A stretch of 64,000 bases of DNA from Heteronotia binoei (taxonomy: Eukaryota). A program made the translations under genes and the position numbers. The stretch covers positions 55,304,001-55,368,000 of the forward strand of contig NC_083234.1 of NCBI RefSeq assembly GCF_032191835.1. Direction: 5' to 3'. This document shows positions 1-10,053 of this stretch, one piece after another. Under the pieces are notes generated by a model. That model was given only the letters and a program-made list of their open reading frames with translations, did no database searches and was not told the origin of the DNA. Positions within the stretch are counted from its first letter, which is position 1. Each line of letters starts with the position of its first letter.

Positions 1-1134
1 ATGTTATTAGATTTTAAATTAGATTATTGCAATGTATTTTAATAGTTTTTATTTGATTGCAACCCACCTTGAGCCCACTTGTGGGGAAGGACTGGATAGA
101 AATGAAATGAACTTAAAAGGGTGTAACACTGAGAGAGATGTGCAGTATAGACCCATCTAGAATTTAAAGGTATGTATAAAGCCTCTGTCATCAGCTTACG
201 GGCAAATACCCCAGGAAACAAACAATTGCTTCAGAGCAACAACAGAATTTTGCAAGGAGAAGAAATGCAAGAAAAGAATTTTGCATGGGAAAGAAATGCA
301 AGAAGACATTCAATCCAATACAACTGCTGAGAGACAAAGCCATTCATACTGGACATCTGAATTCTCCCCTGGATTATGGAATTTTCTAAATCTCCTCTTG
401 TTTCCAAAGTGGAACCAAGGTGTCAGGAGCCCTCCACTGTTCCCTTTTTTGTTTAAAGATCATACTGCAGACATGTTGTTTCGGTAGTGTTCCATTTCAG
501 CATAGCCTCTCCCCCCACACACATAATGATAATGCAAAAAGAGCAACTTTGTGATTACATACACAGAGATTTTATGTAGATGGTAGAGAGCCAACTGGCA
601 TGGGGTCTGACTAGGATCTGGAAGACTCAGGTGTGAATCCAAATTCTGCCACTGACACTCCAGGTCACCAAGTGACCTTGGTCTAGTCATTGTTTTTCAG
701 CCTAACTTACTTCACAAGGTTCTTGCTGTGAGGGCAAAATAGAAGAGGAGGAAGCGATGTTGTAAGCCACTCTGGGTACCCGCTGGGGAAAAGAAACAGC
801 AAAGCTGTGGCCAACTGCAAAAGCAAGATTCAGCTATAGAATTAGCATTAGAATTTTTTCTAATTAAACCAGAATTAGGGAGGAGTGAAAGAGAGCATAG
901 TATGCACACTAAGAAAGGAAAGGAACAGGAGAAGTCTGTCATTCACAAATTCACACACATCAAACGCCTGCAAATGAAGTAACACAAGCAAAGAGAAATA
1001 GTCCCAAGGTGGCCACACAGCTATATCTGTAGTCTGGTGCCAATATGGTTCAGGAGGTAAGATGGCTGTTCTTAGCTGCCTTGAGCCATTTTGCCTCCAT
1101 CATCTCTTGTTCACAAAATCACTGGAGCACGTAC

Positions 1135-4100
1135 TGTATATCTGAATGGTGGTGGTGCTGGGATCATCTTCAGTCTCCTTAAAGGTGTACAGGAAAGCAT
1201 AGTTGTCATAGTCTGTATCCATCACACGCAGATCTCTCTTGGTCATATCATCTGCATGAAAAAACAGAAAGGAATCACTTTGCTCTGAAGTCCTCCTTAA
1301 AACCCACATTTGAGCAAAACCTACTCTGCATGTGCTCAGAGGAACACAATCCAAGATGGTGATTGATTTTTTAAAAAACAAACAAACATTTGGCCACTCT
1401 AGGGTTGCCAGGTCTGTGTTGGAAAATACCTGGAGACTTTGGGGGTAGATCCTGGAGAGGGTGGAGTTTGGGGAGGGGAGGTGCCTCAGCAGGGTACAAT
1501 GCTAAGAGTCCACCCTTCAAAGCAGCCATTTTCCCCAGGGAAGCTGATCTCTGCCAGCTGGAGATCAGTTGTAAAAGCGGGAGATCTCCATGTCCCACCT
1601 GGAGGCTGGCAACCCTACCACTCTAGGTATGCCTCAGTCCTCCTATGTACCAGCATGGAAGAAGCGTCCAGACTGTTCTGTCTTCTTATAAACTCTGTCT
1701 ACCTTCTTGCATTCCTCGGGGCTAGAAAACAAAAGAGAGTGACGACAGAAAGTCTGGATTAAGAAATAAAACCAGGTTGGAGCATTTGAAGTTATACCTT
1801 CTTCTGTATATACAAATATAAGAGTCTTCTTGGATCAAACCAATGGTCCATCTTGACAAGCCAGTATTGTGTTTCATATGTGGCCAACCTGCTGCCCCAA
1901 GGGCTAAAGAACTGGTCATGCTACAGGCCACTCTATGACACCATTCCATTGGATTTTTAAGTGGAAGATTCAAAGGAGGATGAGACTTTCCCTGCTAGGA
2001 TGCATCCACAAGACCATTAGCCTTCTGGAGCAGACCAAAAATCCGCCTAATCTAGCATCCTTTTTCTTACAGTAGCCAAACAGATGCCTCTGAAGGCCCA
2101 CAAGCAGAGATGCAAAGCTCAAAATCTCTCCCTGCTGTACCCATTTAGCCAGTTTAAACTAGCATTATTCTATTTTAGCTTAATTAATTGATAGGTCAAT
2201 TAGCTAGAGAGAGGGAGACAATGATAATCAAAGAGAGCAAATGTTATGAAGGAGAAAAAGCAGGTTATCTCCAAGTTATCAAGTTGTCCTGCACAAGTGT
2301 GTATGTTCACATACAGAACAGAAACTGATTCCCCACTAGCCTTGTCCTGGTCTCATGCTCCTCTTCTCCGTGGGGCTTCCATCCAATTTTGCACAAGCTA
2401 CCACAAGGCTGCGACTTGCTCCACCTCTTTCCCACAGCAAGCAAGATCCCCTGAAAACCAGTTTCTGTTTGTCACGGGAAAGAGGTGGAGCAAGTCACAG
2501 CCTCGCGGCAGTTGGTGTAAAATCGGATGGAAGCCCTATGGAGAAGAGGAGCATGGGACTGGTACAAGGCTAGTGGGGAATTGGTCAGAGTCTCACTTGA
2601 CCAAAGAAAAAGTCCCTGTCTTCCTGCACCATGCCCAGGGACCAGCAGGATGACTTCAGGAAGCCTACAAAGCAGGGCATGAAGACAACAGACCAGCCCC
2701 TAATATTTGTTTCCAACATTTGTATTCAGAGGTAGACTGCCTCTGAAGAGGGAGGTTTGATCTAGCTATCATGGTGAGTGCTTATTGATAGGCTGTTCCA
2801 TAAACATGAACAATCCTTTTTAAGAGGGGAACTAAACTGGTGGCCATCACTACAAATCTTGTTGATGTGAATGCATGGCACACTGTTTGAAGAAATGAAT
2901 TTTATCTAGAGGCTCAGATTTCTCAGTCTCTCAACTCAAAATGTGACACAGACACTTCAAATCATTGTATATAGATAAGTTCAGGGCTTTTTTTTTTAAG
3001 AACATAAGAGAAGCTGTGTTGGATCAGGCCAATGGCCCATCTAGTCCAACACTCTGTGTCACACAGTGGCCGGAAAAAAAAAGTGCCATCAGGAGGTCCA
3101 CCAGTGGGGCAAAGACACTAGAAGCTCTCCCACTGTGCCATTATGGTGGAATGTGGTGGAGTGGAGTTCTGGGACTTATTTGTAAAAACAAAATTCTTTA
3201 AAAATGTTTTAAAATTTCATGAGGGGTACCCATGTGTTTCTCCTTCTTTTCCCTCTTGAGAGTTCTGGATAAGTTATACATGGGTATTTCCAGGACTTTT
3301 TTGTAGAAAAGGCCCAGCAGGGACTCATTTGCATATTAAGCCATGCCCCTGCATGAACTCATTTGCATATTATGTCACACCCCCTGGTGCCAAGCCAGCC
3401 AAAACTGCATTCCTGTGTGTTCCTGCTAAAAAAAAAAAGACCTAGATGTATATATAAGAGACACTCTGTAAGGAACATGGTATGGGAATAGCATGCAGAA
3501 TTACCCAAGGCCAGCAAACTACTTACAAAGGAAAACCAGTCAGGATCCTCATGTCTCCATTTGAGAGGGGTGTAACAATGGCAGCAGATGTATCCATTAT
3601 GTCCCTCATAGCCTGGAATACAGGGCAGTTTGATGCCCCACCCATAACATGCCACAGCCCTGCAAACTGGAGAATTTTTTTTGTTGTTATTTTGAGGATA
3701 CCTTTAAATGCATACACTTATACCCTCAACCATGGGCTTGCAGTGATAATTTCTGCACCCATTTAAATATGCTTTGCTTATGCCTTGAATGTAACATAAA
3801 AGCCTTGTTCATAGGGGGGGTGGAAAGTGCTGTCAATTCCCAGATGACTTATGTCAATCCTGTAGGGTTTTCAAGGCAAGAGATGTTAAGAGGTCGTTTG
3901 CCATTGCCTGCCTCCACATCATGACCTTGGTATTCCCTGGAGGTCCCCCATCCAAATATGAGCCAGGGCTGATGCTGCTTAGCTTCTAAGATCTAACAAG
4001 ATTGGGCTAGCCAGACTGCAACCCAGTCTGCATAGGAAGGTAATAACGCCAGTCTGAGAATTGCAAACACAAGTGAAATGCTTTGAACGCTCATGGTTAG

Positions 4101-5273
4101 GTTTCCATTCTGCAGGTAGTGACTGGAGATCTCCTGAGATTACAGAAGATCTCCAGGCGACAGTAATCAATTCCCCTAGAGAAAAGAGCCACTTTGGATA
4201 ATGTCAAATATACCCAACTGAAGTCCCTCCCCTCCACAGGCTCCACCCACTAAGTATCCAGAAATTTTGGAACCTGCAGCTGGAAACTCTACTCATGACA
4301 TGTATTGTTACAATCTCCCTTTTGATCGTGGCAGAAGACACTGGAGGAAAGAATAGTGGACACCAGAAACAAGCAAAGATAAATGACCTTAGGGCCAATT
4401 CATTTGTGTGTGTGTATGCGCACATGTGCATACACATACAGAAAGCTGCCTTACTGTGAATCAGTCCATCAAGGTCAGTATTGTCTACTCAGACTGGCAG
4501 CTGCTCTCCAGGGTCTCAGGCTGAGATCTCCCACATCACCTACTGCCTGATCCTTTTAACTGGAGATGTGGAAGACTGAATCTGAGACCTTCTGCATATC
4601 AAGCAGATGTTCTAAGATTGAACCTGAGACTTTCTGCATGCCAAGCAGATGTTCTACTACTGAGCCACAGCTCCTCCCCTGAAATCCACACATTACAAAG
4701 TCCACGTGACCCTCTCCCCCTATGGACTTTTGACTGATGTGTTCTGGGAGGTGTACATGGGGCCAATTCAGATTGTGACTATGGTACCTGGGGAGAACAG
4801 ACTTCAGTCTGCCCTGTTTCCCCATCCTGAAATGGCCTCTTCGCTACACATAAGTCCTCCACCCCCAACTGGGCAAATAGCAGTTCTCTGAGACCATTTC
4901 AAGTCAGGAAAACAATGCAGAGAGGAACATGGAATCTCCTCCCCATGTGCTGTGGTTCCAACCCAAAATGTGTTCTCAGGTCCTTGGGAACTGGAATTCT
5001 AGCATACATCTGATCCAAAGTTCTCATGACAGCCATGTGTCTACATGGACTTTCCAAACTGTGAATCTGTCCCAAGAGATGATGTAGTACACCTTAGTGT
5101 ATCCCCATAACCAAAGGGTTCTAGCTTTCAAAAAGTTGAATTTTCCACACATCCCAAGAGGCATCCCCACTCAGTACCTTTTGGAGGTCAAAATCTGGTT
5201 GCAGAGCAACATCAGCCTGAGCACAGGCTGCCCAATGTAGGACCATCACAAGACTCAGCAGCATGATCTTCAT
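1135..5273 (-). CDS. Lipocalin-15-like secreted lipocalin, exons 1-4 (3' exons not found, presumably left of the window)
   Basis: Exons on minus: 5273-5178, 3666-3527, 1721-1651, 1251-1135. All are GT-AG with lipocalin phases 0/2/1/1. Joined protein: MKIMLLSLVMVLHWAACAQADVALQPDFDLQKFAGLWHVMGGASNCPVFQAMRDIMDTSAAIVTPLSNGDMRILTGFPFPEECKKVDRVYKKTEQSGRFFHADDMTKRDLRVMDTDYDNYAFLYTFKETEDDPSTTTIQIY. It has a signal peptide, GxW (SCR1) and TDY (SCR2). SNCPVF and DLRVMDTDY resemble the LCN15 / chicken CAL-beta group; exact orthology is not established. Confidence 0.9.
1400..1617. mobile_element. Non-autonomous hAT MITE, TAGGGTTGCCA-TIR family
   Basis: Ends TAGGGTTGCCA...TGGCAACCCTA with a flanking ccactc duplication. 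Related copies occur at about 5750-5890, 9251-9435, 23120-23270, 24578-24750, 36690-36865, 40200-40400 and 46747-46945. Confidence 0.8.
2329..2580. repeat. Long palindrome (about 105-bp arms), MITE-like
   Basis: ttccccactagccttgt...ctctttccc (2329-2433) is the imperfect reverse complement of gggaaagag...tagtggggaa (2476-2580). Confidence 0.85.
2997..3139 (-). mobile_element. CR1 LINE 3' end fragment
   Basis: Reverse complement matches the 3' terminus of the CR1 at 30700-30793 (gtgacacagagtgttggac...ttctcttatgttctt). Confidence 0.8.
3845..4026 (-). mobile_element. 5S rRNA-derived SINE (5S-Sauria-like)
   Basis: Minus strand resembles the 5S internal promoter (gatcttagaagctaagcag...ggatgggggacc) followed by a Sauria-type ggcaatggcaaac segment. 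Confidence 0.7.
4436..4680 (-). mobile_element. tRNA-derived SINE with duplicated B-box segment
   Basis: Reverse complement of the family seen at 43546; the segment gaacctgagac..ttctgca..caagcagatgttcta occurs twice at 4575-4665. Confidence 0.75.
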
Positions 5274-5350
5274 TCTTGCGTTTTTCGTTCCTTGCTCACC
5301 AACCAACCAGCAGGACAAAGGATAAATCCAGTACCTTAGAGGCACCCAAA

Positions 5351-5356
5351 TTTATA
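5351..5356 (-). promoter_or_regulatory. TATA box of the LCN15-like gene
   Basis: tttata on plus reads TATAAA on minus, about 80 bp upstream of the ATG at 5273. Confidence 0.6.
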
Positions 5357-6084
5357 TGTCTCAGCTCTGATATCTCAGAGGGCAAGACAGCCCACAACAC
5401 CTCTCTGCCCTGCCCCACCACTTATGAAACACTTTGGGCAAGAGCGGATCTGAAATCTGGACTAACGGAGTCAGGTAACAGTATATTAACTGATAATTGC
5501 TTGGCCATACAAACTGGTGGGTTGGATGCAGTGCTGCAGCAAGAACTTTTTCTTGCCTTAAGAATTATTCCCACCACCACTTGTAGCATTTTACACACTA
5601 GGGATAGGGTGTTGTTTCCTCAAAGACTTTTCCCAGTTACGGTTGCAGTCTGAAAAATGGGGAGATACAAATACATTCACATTTCAGACACATGGCTGAA
5701 GATCTCCTGGAAATTAAAATTTATCTCCAGACCACATAGATGAGGTCCCTTGGAGGAAATAAAATAAAAATTTTGGAATGGAGACTATGGCATCACATCC
5801 CTGCTAAGTTCCCTCCTCTCCCCAAAAGTTGCCCTCCACAGGCACCCCCCCCCAAACTCCAGAAATTTCCCAAGCTGGAGTTGGCAACCCTATCAGCTGT
5901 GTTCCCTTTTGAGGGATTCTCCAATTGGACTGGAGCCCACCCAACCACCTGTAGTGCTTTGTGTGTGTGTATGCTTGTGAATGCCTGGAAGTCATGGTTG
6001 ACTTCTGACCACCACTACTGGGGCTTGGACACTCAGAGAGGTGGCTTTCTAATGCCTGCTTCTGCATCCCAGCCATGGTATTAC

Positions 6085-6175
6085 AAAAAGGTCTCCCATC
6101 AAAGTACTTGCAAAGCTTATCCCTGCTTAGCTTCTGAGATCTGATGAGATCAGGCTTGCCTGGGCTATCCAGGTT
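6085..6175 (-). mobile_element. 5S rRNA-derived SINE fragment
   Basis: Reverse complement cctgatctcatcagatctcagaagctaagcaggg...gtactttgatgggagacc matches the 5S A/C box region, but the 5' end diverges from 5S rRNA. Confidence 0.7.
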
Positions 6176-6838
6176 GGGGCCCAGCCACCTGTACTGCTTG
6201 TCAAGTTAGGCCGGCCCTGGCTAGACAAGATGTATGGATGAGCTTTGGCACATTGGTCCAAACAACCCTTCTTTATGTTGTAGCAGCAAAGATGACCCAC
6301 CCAGAATAGTACAAAGTGTCCTTGCACACAGATGGGACAACACAATGTTAGAAATAGCCAGGCTGTACAAGGAGCCGCTATCCTCAACCCAGTGGGTGGA
6401 ACCACCACCATCAGGAGATTGCAAAATAATCCTGCTGTTATCTCAATCCGTCTTTAAGCCTCTAAATCCATCTTTGAGGCCTTCCCCCTTTGTTAGCCAA
6501 GCCATCTCAAGAGAGGACTAACAGTCAAGGGGCACACAACCTTCTTTTCCTTGAGTCCACCAACTTTCCTCAAATCCAAGGGATTTTGTAAGAGACTTTT
6601 ATTCCACGGGTGGCTGCTTAAGTCAAGGTTTCTGGAGAGCTGTGATCAGCATTACTTTAAATACACAACATGATAGAGAGAGGAAGGACTTAAACTTATT
6701 ACTGTCACATAGCTTTTCAAGAAGCAGGCTCCTCCCACAAGGATAAAAGGCAACAATCTTCATTAAAAGGGGCCAGTACTTTTTGAGGAAATCTACATTC
6801 CCTCTTCTTCTTTATTTACTTTCCCCCTTCAGCTATAC

Positions 6839-6974
6839 CAGGGGTAGAGAATGTTGGCTCTCCAGATGTTTTTTGCCTACAACTCCCATCAGCCCCAGCC
6901 AGCATGGCCAATGACTGGGGCTGATGGGAGTTGTAGGCAAAAAACATCTGGAGAGCCAACGTTCCCTACCCCTG
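6839..6974. mobile_element. Palindromic hAT MITE (Xenopus URR1-like), 136 bp
   Basis: Near-perfect palindrome with CAGGGGTAG...CTACCCCTG ends and a perfect 8-bp TSD AGCTATAC (6831-6838, 6975-6982). Confidence 0.9.
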
Positions 6975-7109
6975 AGCTATACCCTGCCTTTCTCCCCTGT
7001 AGGAACCCAAAGCAGCTTACATCATTCTCTTTTCCTCCATTTTCTCATCACAACAACCCTGTGAGGTACTTAAGCTGGCAGTGTGCGACCGGTCCAAGTT
7101 CCCCCACCT

Positions 7110-7643
7110 CAGGGCCATAGCTAGGATTTTAAAAGTCAGAGGGCTTTTTAAAAAGTCAGGAGGCATCCTTCCCAATCCACTGTAGGACTTGCCACTTCTC
7201 AGAAGCTTTCTGGGGTTAGGGACAAAAAGCTGGAGACTCTGAAAGCAGCCACATCAAGGCAGCCAACCCTAAAACTTTGGAGTCAAGAAGGGACTGCACC
7301 TTGCGTGCAAGCAGGGGGGGTTCCTTCCATCGCCCTCTCCCCCACCCTGGTGCTTTGCAGCCAGCCGCTCCATCAGTTCCCCCCCCCTTCCAGCCCATTC
7401 CATGGGGCTTCCTCTGCCTCTGGCTCCTCCGCCTTCCTCCTCTCCGCCTGCTGTTTTTGCTGCTGCAGTGCCCTGTGCCCTGCTCAGCTCTCCCAGCTCC
7501 AGCTGCCATGGATGACACTTTGCTGACTCAGCCATGGCAAAAAAAAAAAAAAGCTGCATCCCAGAGGCCCTTCGAAAGTCAGGAGTCCCATCCTGGAAGT
7601 CGGGGGCAGTGTCCCTACAGGCCCCCCTGTGGTTACAGGCCTG
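7110..7643. mobile_element. Non-autonomous hAT-like element, 534 bp
   Basis: Imperfect TIRs cagggccatagc / caggcctgtaac (reverse complement); 8-bp TSD ccccacct / ccccaccc. Confidence 0.6.
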
Positions 7644-8285
7644 CCCCACCCCCTTGTTAATAACTGTATCAATAGACATCACATCAGGGCTCTTGATAAA
7701 ATGGCTGGGATCTCAGGGATTCCAAGGATGTAACAGAGACAGCAACACCATGGGCTCGTGGTACACTTTTTAATCAAGAGAGGTTATTACACACAAGGGG
7801 CTTAGGTGGAGGGGGGAAGGTGTCAGGGCCAGCAGCAACAGCTACTGCTTTGATCGTGGAAGAAATCCGGGACTGCAGATCAAGAAAGAGCTTCCTCCCT
7901 TGAGACAAAACTTGGCTTGTCAATCTGAAGAAAAGACCAAAAAGGGGTGTGTGATTTTTTTTGTTCTGGATATAATTCCCAACCACCCCCAATTGCTATA
8001 GTTAGCAAGCACACAAGTAAAAGCCAAAGTTATCCAAGCAATTCAGCTTTCTTGGCTCAGCAGGAGAGGAGATTCATAATGTGGAATTATCACAGGATTT
8101 ATCACCTCAAGAGGGGAGGGATGACTTTCGATAGCTCTTTTTAAAAAGATTAGACAAATTCCTAGACAAGAGGTTTGTCAAAGGCTGCTAGCTAACTGGA
8201 ATAGCTAAATGAACCCCCGTCCAAGACAGTGTAACCCTCCCAACCTGCAAAATTTGTGAACTCACAACTAGAGAAGTCTCTACAC

Positions 8286-8755
8286 CAGAAGTCCCCAACC
8301 CCCGGGCCGTGGACCAGTACAGGTCTGTTGCTTGTAACAACCAAGCCATGAGTTGTATAATTATTTCATTATATATTACAATGTAATAATAATAAGAAGA
8401 AAAAGACAACATTGGATTTATGTCAGAGTGACTCACAATCTCGTTTATCTTCTTCCCCCGCCCCCAACAGACACCCTGTGAGGTGAGTGGGGCTGAGAGA
8501 GCTCTCCCCAGAAGCTGCGCTTTCAAAGACAACTCTGCAAGTGCTATGGCTGACCTAAGGCCATTCCAGCAGCTGCAAGTGGAGGAGTGGGGAATCCAGT
8601 TTGGTTCTCCCAGATAAGAGTCTGCACATTTAATCACCACACCAAAATAAAGTGCACAATTGTATCATCCTGAAACCATTCCCCTTCCCCCAGTCCATGG
8701 AAAAATTGTCTTCCACAAAACCAGTCCCTGGTGCCAAAAAGTTTGGGGGCCACTG
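8286..8755. mobile_element. MER1/Charlie3-like hAT MITE with a nested SINE
   Basis: Ends cagaagtccccaacc...tttgggggccactg; TSD ctctacac / ctttacac; internal blocks resemble primate MER1A as I recall it. Confidence 0.8.
8395..8645 (-). mobile_element. tRNA-derived SINE (gecko Squam2-like) nested in the MER1-like MITE
   Basis: Same family as 9493-9786 and 45475-45745; A-box tggtgtggtg and B-box-like sequence on minus; (tct)n tail. Confidence 0.8.
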
Positions 8756-9492
8756 CTTTACACTGTCTTGTTTATGGGGTTCGCAGAGGCATCTGAACAG
8801 CTGGCTGCTGTTGGCAAAGGAATTCCAGGCTAGATGAGTTTATAGATTCAATTCTTGCCTTAGTGTCACACACTCAGCTAGCTGGGCTATTTTTCAAGAC
8901 AACATGACAATCACCTGTCCTGCAAATGCTCACAAAGGTGGGCATGATAAAGGCAGTCTTCCTCAGTAGTTTGGTACCAGTGTTCAAACCATGGCTAATG
9001 CTTATAGATAGATCTCATCTCCATGCATTTGTCTGATAATTCTTCATCTCTATAGCCAGGAGAACTTCTTGTGGAACTAAAACCCATTCTATTAATGAAG
9101 TCCTGGATAACCTTTTGTCTGTCTTGATATCACTGCCTCTCAGTTTGGGGGGCTAACTCAAAAGTTGCCTCTCTTCATGCAAGATGAGAAAGTGACAAAG
9201 AGGAGGATAGACATCATCCTGCCATATCTGCAGTACAGATACATCATACATAGGGGTTGCCAGCCTACAGGTGGTGGCTTAAGATCTCCTGAGAATTCAA
9301 CTCATCTCTGAGTGACAAAGATCAGTTCCCCTGGAGAAAATGGCTGCTGTGGAGGATGGACCCTATGGCATTGTACCCCGCATTGTACCACCCCCAAAAT
9401 CTCTAGGTATTTTCCACCCAGAGCTGGTAACCCTAAATAACAGGAGTTCTTAGTACAGAAGTGAGTTGAGTGCCCCGTGAAAGAGCACCAAA

Positions 9493-9786
9493 GAGGAGGA
9501 GGAGGAGAAGGAGAAGAAGACTACAGATTTATATCCTGCTCTTCTCTCTGAATCAGAGACTCAGAGCAGCTTACAATCTCCTTTACCTTCTTCCCCCATA
9601 ACAGATACCCTGTGAGGTAGACGGGGCTGACAGAGTTCTCACAGAAGCTGCCTTTTCAAGGACAACTATTGTGAGAGCTATGGCTAACCCAAGGCCATTC
9701 CAGCAGCTGCAAGTGGAGGAGTGGGGAATCAAACCCGGTTCTCCCAGATAAGAGTCCGCACACTTAACCACTACACCAAACTGGAG
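9493..9786 (-). mobile_element. tRNA-derived SINE (Squam2-like)
   Basis: Minus strand head tggtgtagtggttaag...gggtttgattcc (A/B boxes) and a tcttctcct-rich tail. Confidence 0.85.
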
Positions 9787-10053
9787 AGGGCACACAAAGT
9801 GGCCTTCTACTGAGTCACAGCCTTGGTCCATCAAGGTCAGTTCTGTCTACTCAAATTGGCAGCAACTCTCCATGATCTCAGGGGAGAGGTCTTTCACAAC
9901 ACAATAAGTGCTGCTATCTAATTCTTTTACTTGGAGTTGCTGGGGACTGACTCTGGGGTCTTCTGCATCAAAACAGGTGCTCTACCACTGGACAATGACC
10001 CCTCTCCTTTAAAGCCCCCAAGGGCTTCAGACCCCAGGAAAAGGACTACTTAC

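Noticed and set aside
958-967. Candidate acceptor giving an S-V-stop terminal exon for the LCN15-like gene
   Set aside because: It would truncate the lipocalin before the SCR3 arginine, helix and final Cys; the true exon 5 is more likely outside the window.
6085-6175. 5S rRNA-like matches (also 3845-4026 and 39795-39915)
   Set aside because: Only the internal promoter region matches and it is fused to SINE sequence; not rRNA genes.
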